From NCBI GenBank assembly GCA_965232515.1, contig CBDDPY010000002.1:576001-640000 (forward strand): 64,000 bases of DNA, written 5' to 3'. The stretch comes from Alphaproteobacteria bacterium. Lineage in GTDB: Bacteria > Pseudomonadota > Alphaproteobacteria > GCA-2731375. A program made the position numbers and the translations under genes. Positions within the stretch are counted from its first letter, which is position 1, and each line of letters starts with the position of its first letter. Below, piece by piece: positions 56,132 to 64,000 of the stretch. The notes below the pieces were generated by a model that saw only the letters and a program-made list of their open reading frames with translations, searched no databases and had not been told where the DNA came from.

Positions 56132-57753
56132 AGCTCGCCGACCTCGAGCGATCGTGCGATGGCGCGTCGCCGCAGCTTGCCGCTGGACGTTTTCGGCAGG
56201 GTGTGCGGATCGACAAACCGGATCTGATCGACATCCATGCCGCGGTGTTTCAACGCGGACTGGATGCGCTCGGCCAACTCGGGCCGTCGGTCGGATTTCA
56301 GGCGGGTCTCGGCCACCAGAACGGCGTGTTCGGTGCTGCGCTGTTCGTTGCGGATGCCGACCGCCGCGACGCCACCAGGTCGGACGCCGTCGACATCGGC
56401 CGCGATCTGTTCGACCACGGACGGGACCAGGTTGCGCCCGGCGCGGATGATCAGTTCCTTCTGTCGCCCGGTCACGTAGAGATCGCCGTCGGCGACATAA
56501 CCGAGATCCCCGGTTCTCAGCCAATCCCCGTCGAAGGCCTCTTCCGTCGCCTCGGGATCGTCGTAATAGCCGGTCATGCCCGATGCCGTGCGCACCATGA
56601 TCGGGCCGACGATCCGCTCCTCGGCTTCGCCGCCAGCGCCGTCGTCGATCCGTAGTTCGACACCGGCGATCGGACGGCCGACGCTGGTGAACGCCAGCGC
56701 ATCTTCGGCATCGCTTGTTGCCGCTTGTCCCTGTCTTGCCAGGACGGCGGCCGATACCCGGTCGACCCTCGGCGGCTGCGCGGGCGCGGCGAACGTGGCG
56801 GCGACGGTGGCTTCCGCCAACCCATAGACGGGAAGAAAAGCCGATGCCCGAAAACCGCATTGTTCGAACCCGTTCGCGACGCGATGCAGAACGTTGGGCG
56901 CGATCGGCTCGGCGCCGACCATGGCGCAACGCAGGTCGCCGAAGTCGAGCTGGTCGGACGCGGCACGCCGCGCGAAGCGGTCAATCAACGCATAAGCCGA
57001 TGGCGGGCCGACCGTGTGGGTCGCCCGAAACGCGGAGACCGAACGCAGCCACAGGTACGGGTTCCGCCGGAAATCCAGCGGCGACATCAGATTCACGACG
57101 AAGTCGTTGTAGTACGGATAAAGCAGACCGCCGATCAGGCCCATGTCGTGATGCAGCGGCAGCCAGCTGACGCCGACCGCATCATCTCCTGGCGGCAGGG
57201 CCTGGCTGATGGCGGCGAGATGCGCGAGTAGCCGATCGTTCGGAATGACGACGCCGCGCGGTGTGGCCACGCTGCCGCTGGTCAGTTGAATCAGATCGGT
57301 TCGCGTTGTTGCGGGGTTTGTTGCCGCCGCTGCTTCCGACAGGTCTTCGGCGATCACGACCGGTGGCGTTGCGGTCATTTCGATGTGGGCCGCCACCTCG
57401 CGGCCGACGGCGGCCAGTTTCACGTCGAAACGATCGGCGACCTCCCGAAAATGGGCGTTCAAACCGGCAATATCATCGAGCCGAAACGGCCGCCCGATCT
57501 GGATCGGCACGCCGCCGGCCGTCCAGATTCCGAACAGGGTGGCGACGGCTGGCCGCGAATGCGGCACCATGGCCAGCACATTTTGTCCCGGGCGCAGACC
57601 GGCGTCCCGCAGCCCACCGGCAACCCGCCGCGCCGTCTGCCAGAACTCGGCCCATGTCCAGGACTGCCAACCATCCGCCGCGTAAAAGCGGATTGCCAGT
57701 CTGTCCGGATCCCGTTCGGCGCGCTGCCGCAGGAGATCGACCAGCGAGGTCAT
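56128..57753 (-). CDS. Fatty acyl-AMP ligase (FAAL) / acyl-ACP synthetase
   Basis: QLTSGS, VSWLPLHHDMGLIG, GAEPI, YGLAEAT, WLRTGDLG, GRQKELII, PKTSSGK; ATG 57753 in a TAATG overlap. Confidence 0.9.
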   Translation of the reverse strand: MTSLVDLLRQRAERDPDRLAIRFYAADGWQSWTWAEFWQTARRVAGGLRDAGLRPGQNVLAMVPHSRPAVATLFGIWTAGGVPIQIGRPFRLDDIAGLNAHFREVADRFDVKLAAVGREVAAHIEMTATPPVVIAEDLSEAAAATNPATTRTDLIQLTSGSVATPRGVVIPNDRLLAHLAAISQALPPGDDAVGVSWLPLHHDMGLIGGLLYPYYNDFVVNLMSPLDFRRNPYLWLRSVSAFRATHTVGPPSAYALIDRFARRAASDQLDFGDLRCAMVGAEPIAPNVLHRVANGFEQCGFRASAFLPVYGLAEATVAATFAAPAQPPRVDRVSAAVLARQGQAATSDAEDALAFTSVGRPIAGVELRIDDGAGGEAEERIVGPIMVRTASGMTGYYDDPEATEEAFDGDWLRTGDLGYVADGDLYVTGRQKELIIRAGRNLVPSVVEQIAADVDGVRPGGVAAVGIRNEQRSTEHAVLVAETRLKSDRRPELAERIQSALKHRGMDVDQIRFVDPHTLPKTSSGKLRRRAIARSLEVGEL

Positions 57754-58685
57754 TACCGGGCGTCGGGAACGGCCCAGTGTTGGGGATTGCTGCCGCTGTG
57801 TCCCTTGGCGGCGAGGATCATGTATTCGAGCGCCGTACGCCGGGCGAACGAGGTTCGGCCGACCGTCATGTAGCATTGCAGCAGGCGTGCAAAACCGGGC
57901 GCCAAGGCCTCGATCCGGGCCCGGTTGCGGCGGATGTTGTCGATCCAATCGGCGACCGTGCGCACGTAGGAGGCCGTCATGTCCTCGACCAGCCGGACGT
58001 CCAGGCCCGCCTGACCCATGAGCTCGAGTTCTTCCGGCAGCGACATCAGGCGGCAATAACCCATCGCCTTCGAGAGGATGTAGTCGGTCGCGTTGCTGTC
58101 GCGCGGGCCGCGGGTTTCGGTCGGAAAATAGCAGTCGGAGATCAACATCCGGCCGCCCGGACGAAGGATGTCGCCGACCCACCGATGGATGGTCTCGCGG
58201 TTATGCATATGGACGATGCTGCCACAGAAGATGACGGCGTCGACCGACTCCGGCGCGAGGTCGAGATCTTCGATGTGCTGCAGGTCGACCGTTATGCGGT
58301 CCGCGACGCCACGCGCCTCGGCGCGTTCCAGCAAAACCTCGCGCTGGCGCTCGCTCAAGGTGATGCCATGAAAGATGCCGTCGGTCTGGGCGGCCAGGTT
58401 CAACATCACGCTGCCCCAGCCGCAACCGACGTCGAGCACCTTTTCGCCCGGCTTGATCTGAAGCAGGTTCCGGAAGTGCTTGAACTTGCGGGTCTGCGCA
58501 GTTTCGAGATCGTCGTCGTCGTCGAGATAGATGCCGGTCGAGTAGGCGAGCTGACTGTCCAGGACGAGGGAGAAGATCTCCGGATCGTGTTCGTAGTGGG
58601 CCGCAACTTGTTCACGCTCGAAGCCGCGCTGCTCGTCCGGCGATCGCCGTAACGCGGCTTGCTCGATCGGTGTGCGCGCTTCCAT
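57753..58685 (-). CDS. CFA/CMAS family SAM-dependent lipid methyltransferase
   Basis: VAAHYE, LDSQLAYS, LETAQTRK, VLDVGCGWG, GITLSERQ, SYVRTVADW; TGATG overlap with the ACP gene. Confidence 0.85.
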   Translation of the reverse strand: MEARTPIEQAALRRSPDEQRGFEREQVAAHYEHDPEIFSLVLDSQLAYSTGIYLDDDDDLETAQTRKFKHFRNLLQIKPGEKVLDVGCGWGSVMLNLAAQTDGIFHGITLSERQREVLLERAEARGVADRITVDLQHIEDLDLAPESVDAVIFCGSIVHMHNRETIHRWVGDILRPGGRMLISDCYFPTETRGPRDSNATDYILSKAMGYCRLMSLPEELELMGQAGLDVRLVEDMTASYVRTVADWIDNIRRNRARIEALAPGFARLLQCYMTVGRTSFARRTALEYMILAAKGHSGSNPQHWAVPDAR

Positions 58686-58966
58686 CAGTGTTTCGCCGCC
58701 GCCATCTGTTCGAGCACCACGTCGACAAGATCGTCGACCACCTTGGGATCGCGCGCTTCCATTTCATCGACGTCCAGCATGGTGATGCCAAACCGTTCCT
58801 CGATCGCGACCTGCGTTTCGATGAGCGCCATCGAATCGATGCCGAGGTCGTTGTCCAAACCGGTCTTCGTCGTGACGGAGGTGCGTGGGATATTCAAAGT
58901 GGTGGCGATAATCTCGCACACCGCGGTGGCGACCGACTCCCTGTCGGCAATCGTATCGGTATTCAA
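58685..58966 (-). CDS. Acyl carrier protein
   Basis: Acidic 93 aa; DLGIDSM phosphopantetheine site, IEERFGI; TTG start after GAGGG. Confidence 0.88.
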   Translation of the reverse strand: MNTDTIADRESVATAVCEIIATTLNIPRTSVTTKTGLDNDLGIDSMALIETQVAIEERFGITMLDVDEMEARDPKVVDDLVDVVLEQMAAAKH

Positions 58967-59016
58967 GAGATGCCCTCTTCTCAGCCCGCCGTCGACGTGT
59001 AACGAACGGAGAGTGT

Positions 59017-59045
59017 CTTATCGCCGTTGGTCGGAAACCTGTCAA
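59017..59045 (-). promoter_or_regulatory. Putative sigma70 promoter of the ACP operon
   Basis: Minus strand TTGACA-N17-GATAAG, about 50 bp upstream of the ACP start. Confidence 0.45.
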
Positions 59046-59073
59046 CGACACCGGAGATGGGCGGCCGGGCGGC

Positions 59074-62000
59074 TCAGGTCAATTCGCCAAGCTGATTTCG
59101 TGCGTCGATGAGGTCGGGCGAAGACCGTCCTTCGGTGAGGTGGTCGTAGATTGGCCATAGCAGATCGTAGGCCTCGGCGCGCCGGTCCTGGCGCTGCAGA
59201 TGGCGGGCAAAACTGGTCGCGGTTCGCAGTTCCAGGGTCCTTGAATGCTGCCGTCCCGCGACGTCGAGGGCTTGTTTGAAGCAGGATTCGACGGCGCCGT
59301 TGCCGTTCGCCGGCGTCATGCTCAGCAGGTTGCCCTTGACCCGGTAAAGCTCGGCTTCGAACCAGCGTTCTCCGTTTTCGGCCGTCACCGTTTCGGCTTC
59401 GTCCAGAACGCTCAGGCCTTCCTCAACCCGATCGGCCTGACCCAGGGCCTCGGCCAGTCCGCTCAGGAAGATCGGCCGCCAGAGTCGGGCATAACCCGTC
59501 GAATCGAGCGCCGTTAGCCCGTGCTGCATCGCCTTGATGCCGTCAGGAAGATTGCCCTGCTGACAGATCGCCCAGCCCTGGCAGACGCCGGCGACTGCAG
59601 ACCAGTGCATCAAGTCCTGTTCAACCGCGAGCGAGATCAACGATTCGGCATGCGATTTCACCTGCTCCCAATCGCGACAGAACGCCTGCAGCATGATGCC
59701 CGCGTGCGATATGGCGATGCCGAGCGTATTCGCATGCGATAGCGCCTGGGCTTGGTCGATAGCCTGCTGGCCGTTTTCCTGCGCGCGATCGTAATGACCG
59801 AGATGCCAGAGCGTCCATGAGAGGTAGCAGAGCCCGGCGACGTAGCCGGATTGAAAGGTGATGGATCGCTGTTCGGCCGGCACGCGGTGTTCGGTCGCGC
59901 GTTTCAAATGGCTGTGCGCCAACTCGAGCTCACCGGCCATCAGCAGGGAGGTGCCCAGCATGCGGTTGCCGGCGAGCAGCGCGGCATCAGATTTCTGGTG
60001 CTCTGCCAGCCGAAGAAACTCTTCCGCCAGCGCGCGCGACTTCTCGGTTTCGCCGCGCCCATAGTGGAATACCCAGCGCCCGTTCAGAACGGGAAAGAAC
60101 TTCGCCGTGTCGCCGACCCGGCGACACAGCTCGAGCGCCCGCGTGAACGTCCGCTCCAGTTGCGGCGAGGTATAGCCGGCCGACGATACGATCGGCTCGG
60201 TTAGGGCGATCTGCAGATCGAGTTCCAGGGCGTCGCGCTCGCCGCTCTCCGGCAAGTCGTTCAACAGCTCCAGCGCCTTCGTCAGGTGCGCGACCGCCTC
60301 GGCATTGGCCGACCGTTTCGTTGCCCGCTTGCCGGCATGCTGCCAGTAGTGGATCGCACGGTCGGCCAGCCCGGCCTCCGTGAAATGATGCGCCAGGACT
60401 TCGGGTTCCTGTTTGACCTGCTCGGGGAACTGGTCCTCGAAGGTTCGTGCGATCGCCTGATGATAACGCTGCCGCGTGCTTTTCAGCAGTGACTCGTAGG
60501 CGGCATCACGCACAAGCGAGTGTTTGAACTCGAACCTCGCGTTTGCCGGCGGACCGCGCCGGTAGATCAACTCGGCGTCCACCAGCTGCGCCAGGGCGTC
60601 GTCAAGCTCGCGCTCGTCATAAGCCGAAACGGCGGCCAGGACTTCGCGCGTAAACGTCCGTCCGAGCGTTGCGGCGAGCTGGGCCAGCTGCTTGACCGGC
60701 GCCAGCCTGTCGAGCCGCGCCATCAGCGAATCCTGCAGTGTCGTCGGCACTTGCAGCTTCAGCAGCGGACGCGCCGAATCCCGGCTCCCGTCCGGACTTG
60801 GAACCCAGCCGGATTCGATCACCGTCTTCGTCAGCTCCTCGACGAACAGCGGCACGCCGTCCGTCTTGGCGATGATCTGATCGAGGACTTCCACCGGTAG
60901 TCGACGGTTGCGCGTCAGTCGTTCCACCATCTTCGCGCACTCGCCCCGCTCCAGTCGGCTGAGCGGCACGTAGGTGACATGGTCGAGGCCTTGCCAGTGT
61001 GGTTTGTATTCCGGGCGGAACGTGATCAGGACCAGCGCCCGCACGTGCCGCGCGCGATCGACGATCAGGTCCAGCAATTCCTGGGTCGTCGGGTCGATCC
61101 AGTGCGCATCCTCGAACACGATCAGCACGGGCTGCTGCACCGCCAGGGTCTTCAGCTGTTCAGCGATGACCGCGAAGGTCATCTCCTTCTGGCGTTTGGG
61201 ATCGAGCTTCAGCTCGGGGTAGCCATCGCCGGTCGGCACCGAAAGCAGCGACGCGATCAGCGGCAACACCTGATCGCGCGCGGCGCCGGCGTTCGACAGC
61301 AGCGTTTCGAGTTTTCTGAGCTTGCGTTCCGGCGGATCGTGCGCTTCGAACTGAGCCGCGTGGCTGAGCTGGTTGACCAGCGGGTAGAGCGCGCTGTTGA
61401 TGTGATGCGGCGAGCATTGATAGCGCAGCCTTTGTTGCGGCTGGTCGCCGATCTTCTCGCGCAGGGCCTGCGTAATGCGTGACTTGCCGATGCCGGCTTC
61501 GCCCGATAGCAGCACGACCTGTCCCTTGCCGTCTTTCGCCCGCTGCCAGCAGTCGTGCAGCAGATCGACTTCCTTTTGACGGGCGATAAACGGCGTCAGA
61601 CCGCGGGCGTGGCGCGCTTCGAAGCGGCTGGTCAGCCGATGCTCGCCCAAAACGTTCCAGGCCTGAACCGGCTCACTAAAACCTTTCAACACATGGTGGC
61701 CCAGATAGACGCTGTCGAAGGCTTCGCCGATCAACAGGCGGGTCCGCGGCGCGATCAGAACCTGTCCGGGCGCGGCCCTGGCCTGCAATCTGGCGGCGAG
61801 ATTGGGCGTTTGGCCGACAATGTCTTCGGACGGCGCGTCGCTGGTCCCGACGGTGTCGCCGACCACGACGACACCGCTGGCAATCCCGATCCGGGCGGCC
61901 AGTGGCGTGCCATCGGGATCGGCAAGCTCGGCGACCGCGGCCGCCATCGCCAGTCCCGCACGCACGGCGCGCTCGGCATCGTCCTCATGAGCCCGCGGCC

Positions 62001-62418
62001 AACCGAAATAGGCCTGCACGCCATCGCCGACGTATTTGGCGACGTGCCCGTCGAAACGCCGGACAATGGCGCCGCAGGCACTGAGGTACCGATTCATCAG
62101 TTTTGACAGGTCTTCCGGGTCGAGCTTGACCGAGAGCGCCGTCGACCCCACCAGGTCGCAGAACAGCACGGTCAGATGACGTCGCTCCGGCTCGATCCAG
62201 CCCGGCTCCGAGGCGGCCGGTTCGTCGGTCGACGCGGAAAGTTGGGCAGCTTCCGCAAGCAGTCGTTTTCGGTGGCCCAACGACGAAACGCCAATTTCCT
62301 TCAGGTCCGAGTCGGTCAGCGTTGGCAGCAGCGCCATATCGATATGGTTTGCCGCGAAGGCATCGGCGTAGTCGCCGAGACCCAGATACTCCAGCCAGGA
62401 CGTCACCTCGCCCGACAT
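59074..62418 (-). CDS. SAM - class III adenylate/guanylate cyclase - AAA/STAND ATPase - TPR protein
   Basis: SAM WLEYLGLGDY...LGHRKRLL; LFCDLVGST, KYVGDG, NLAARLQ; Walker A GEAGIGKS; FEDAHWID; helical C-terminus. Confidence 0.92.
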   Translation of the reverse strand: MSGEVTSWLEYLGLGDYADAFAANHIDMALLPTLTDSDLKEIGVSSLGHRKRLLAEAAQLSASTDEPAASEPGWIEPERRHLTVLFCDLVGSTALSVKLDPEDLSKLMNRYLSACGAIVRRFDGHVAKYVGDGVQAYFGWPRAHEDDAERAVRAGLAMAAAVAELADPDGTPLAARIGIASGVVVVGDTVGTSDAPSEDIVGQTPNLAARLQARAAPGQVLIAPRTRLLIGEAFDSVYLGHHVLKGFSEPVQAWNVLGEHRLTSRFEARHARGLTPFIARQKEVDLLHDCWQRAKDGKGQVVLLSGEAGIGKSRITQALREKIGDQPQQRLRYQCSPHHINSALYPLVNQLSHAAQFEAHDPPERKLRKLETLLSNAGAARDQVLPLIASLLSVPTGDGYPELKLDPKRQKEMTFAVIAEQLKTLAVQQPVLIVFEDAHWIDPTTQELLDLIVDRARHVRALVLITFRPEYKPHWQGLDHVTYVPLSRLERGECAKMVERLTRNRRLPVEVLDQIIAKTDGVPLFVEELTKTVIESGWVPSPDGSRDSARPLLKLQVPTTLQDSLMARLDRLAPVKQLAQLAATLGRTFTREVLAAVSAYDERELDDALAQLVDAELIYRRGPPANARFEFKHSLVRDAAYESLLKSTRQRYHQAIARTFEDQFPEQVKQEPEVLAHHFTEAGLADRAIHYWQHAGKRATKRSANAEAVAHLTKALELLNDLPESGERDALELDLQIALTEPIVSSAGYTSPQLERTFTRALELCRRVGDTAKFFPVLNGRWVFHYGRGETEKSRALAEEFLRLAEHQKSDAALLAGNRMLGTSLLMAGELELAHSHLKRATEHRVPAEQRSITFQSGYVAGLCYLSWTLWHLGHYDRAQENGQQAIDQAQALSHANTLGIAISHAGIMLQAFCRDWEQVKSHAESLISLAVEQDLMHWSAVAGVCQGWAICQQGNLPDGIKAMQHGLTALDSTGYARLWRPIFLSGLAEALGQADRVEEGLSVLDEAETVTAENGERWFEAELYRVKGNLLSMTPANGNGAVESCFKQALDVAGRQHSRTLELRTATSFARHLQRQDRRAEAYDLLWPIYDHLTEGRSSPDLIDARNQLGELT

Positions 62419-62535
62419 GCGTTCCCTCACGATGTGGCCGAATCGATGCTATCAAAAAGACCGCTGTCCGACCTTCGAAAACCTCGAATATCTTGCGTCG
62501 TTCATGAACGATCGAGTTGACTTGAATTGGTTGAT

Positions 62536-62611
62536 TGGTGCCGGCGGCAGGAGTCGAACCCGCGACCTACTGATTACAAATCAGTTGCTCTACCAGCTGA
62601 GCTACACCGGC
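62536..62611 (-). tRNA. tRNA-Thr (anticodon TGT), CCA encoded
   Basis: GCCGGTGTAGCTCAGCTGGTAGAGCAACTGATTTGTAATCAGTAGGTCGCGGGTTCGACTCCTGCCGCCGGCACCA, 76-nt cloverleaf. Confidence 0.97.
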
Positions 62612-62760
62612 AATATTGCGCGCTTACGCCTGTAAACCCGCTGCGGTGATATCCCAGATTGACCACCACCGCCAAGAGAGAAGTTGCGCCCGCGGCGTTA
62701 CCGAACGTCAATCTTGCCATGCGACAAAAGCCCGTCGGATAACGCCGAACGGGGGACGGG

Positions 62761-63072
62761 GTGAGGGAGTATCGGGGGCTTCGCCGCATCTGGGCGATCT
62801 TTAGCATCTGTTGGTGTGTCCTGGTGGTCACGGGCGCTTTGGGCATCCAGAGCCGCGACCGGACCGACCTGGCTGGTGTTCGCGCCGAGATGCCGCTGTC
62901 CGGGTCCTTGGCGCCGCAGCATGTCGAATACCGCGCGCCGTCAATCGTCGCGACGATGTTCATCGCGGTCGCGTTTCCGGCCGCGCTGTTTCTCTTCGGT
63001 ATTGGCTACATCCGCTATTGCCGGCCGCGATATGCGGCCATGCCGCGCCTGACCGTCGATCGGCAGCAATAG
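62761..63072 (+). CDS. Small hypothetical two-TM membrane protein
   Basis: GTG start after GGGGGA; two hydrophobic segments. Confidence 0.5.
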   Translation: MREYRGLRRIWAIFSICWCVLVVTGALGIQSRDRTDLAGVRAEMPLSGSLAPQHVEYRAPSIVATMFIAVAFPAALFLFGIGYIRYCRPRYAAMPRLTVDRQQ

Positions 63073-63105
63073 CGTTAGCGCGTGTTAACCAAACGTTTGC
63101 CGAGG

Positions 63106-63120
63106 TTAAGACTGCGTTAA
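63106..63120. promoter_or_regulatory. CtrA-type box
   Basis: TTAAGACTGCGTTAA, a perfect TTAA-N7-TTAA (TTAA-N7-TTAAC on the minus strand); extra GTTAAC at 63084-63089. Confidence 0.65.
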
Positions 63121-63180
63121 GAGCTCGCCGCTACAATCCGCCTCGATAACCAAGGTTTGAGAGCCTTTGGACAGGTGGGA

Positions 63181-64000
63181 ATGCGGCAAGCCAGCGCGAG
63201 ACTGGCACTGACCCTGGCCGCGACCGTCATCATCTCCACCGCCGCCATACGTCCGGCGGTGGCCGATCGTGACGGCTGTCTGGCCGACGAGGCACGCGAA
63301 CGAGGGGTCGCGCGTGTCACGGGCGACGTGCTGAATTTTACCGGTGACGAGGCGGATGGGCCGATCGACATCGCGTTCGGCGCCGTTCGCCTGTCGGATT
63401 CCGGTGGTTTGCTGCGCACCGGTGCATCGGGCTGCGGCATGGACATCGGTGTGCGGCTGGCGCGCAACCGGGTTCAGGTCGACATGGCCAGCGTTTTCAG
63501 CGGCGACAGCGTTCGAAGCGGAAATCTGACGCGCGCGACACATTGGCAGTATGGCAAGGCCGAGGTCGATGTGCTGCGGCGGAACGGCGTCAACTGGCGC
63601 GTCGGCGGCAGTTTGCTGCAGGTCACCTCGCCGGACGCCGAACAGGCGGACCGCGGCGTCAACGCCCAATCTGAATTGAGCTTCCTCGACGGCCGCGTGC
63701 AGGCGACGTCGAATCTGGCCTGGGCCGAGCACGGCGATGCCGCCGGCACCTGGGCCGGCGCCCAGCAGCACCGGATCAAGCTCAGGCTCTTCGAAGAAGG
63801 CGGCTTTGCGCTGACAGGCTTCGCCGGCTACGAGCGCGCGGAAGCCGGTTTCGCTGGCCGCGCCGTCAATATGGCCCAGGATCGTGAGCGGGAAACAATA
63901 GGCCTGGGGCTGCGCTGGCGGCGGTTCGGTTTGACGCTGGAGCGAAGCGACGAGCGCGACAATGTCGACGACGACGGCGGATCGGGCAATCGCTGGGACG
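63181..64000 (+). CDS. Exported protein, possible outer-membrane beta-barrel; runs off the window
   Basis: Not in the ORF track because it is truncated. Manual translation MRQASARLALTLAATVIISTAAIRPAVA-DRDG..., open to the window end, with alternating strands (FALTGFAGYE, IGLGLRWRRFGLTLE). Confidence 0.65.
   Translation, partial: MRQASARLALTLAATVIISTAAIRPAVADRDGCLADEARERGVARVTGDVLNFTGDEADGPIDIAFGAVRLSDSGGLLRTGASGCGMDIGVRLARNRVQVDMASVFSGDSVRSGNLTRATHWQYGKAEVDVLRRNGVNWRVGGSLLQVTSPDAEQADRGVNAQSELSFLDGRVQATSNLAWAEHGDAAGTWAGAQQHRIKLRLFEEGGFALTGFAGYERAEAGFAGRAVNMAQDRERETIGLGLRWRRFGLTLERSDERDNVDDDGGSGNRWD

Noticed and set aside
56132-56929. N-terminal extension of the 647-aa ORF 54986..56929
   Set aside because: Arg-rich off-frame read of the FAAL gene; the real start is GTG 56131.
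57754-58182. N-terminal extension of the FAAL ORF
   Set aside because: Overlaps the methyltransferase out of frame; the TAATG-coupled start at 57753 fits better.
59074-62611. Genomic island integrated at tRNA-Thr
   Set aside because: No integrase and no duplicate of the tRNA 3' end was spotted in the window; composition looks like the rest.
63106-63771. Minus-strand 221-aa ORF
   Set aside because: Shadow of the truncated plus-strand gene starting at 63181, which has a signal peptide.

Overview
GC-rich chromosomal window, most likely from an alphaproteobacterium (Rhodospirillales-like; inferred from a DUF2336 gene, a CtrA-type box, an RpoE/ECF11-type promoter and a FeuPQ-like locus). It holds about 58 protein genes, one frameshifted gene and tRNA-Thr(TGT); no CRISPR array, integrase or transposase was seen. 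Most genes are catabolic enzymes (IorAB, thiolase, opine dehydrogenase, amidohydrolases, KynA, Mo-oxidoreductase, acyl-CoA synthetase), plus signalling and envelope-stress genes (two-component pair with PepSY proteins, hybrid kinase, a split yjfIJC / K+ channel-yjfKLM cluster, SAM-cyclase-ATPase). Two candidates for undescribed systems stand out. (1) An unannotated ~190-nt non-coding transcription unit at ~2437-2628: an FNR/FixK box centred 41.5 bp upstream of the inferred start, repeated (U/A)CCCC motifs mostly in hairpin loops, and a UUCG intrinsic terminator; a second element with similar C-rich loops lies at ~34788-34915 (-). (2) A translationally coupled ACP - CFA/CMAS-family methyltransferase - fatty acyl-AMP ligase - bacterial ceramide-synthase-like acyltransferase operon (54986-58966) lacking serine palmitoyltransferase. 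All family calls are by-eye motif recognition; no database search was run.
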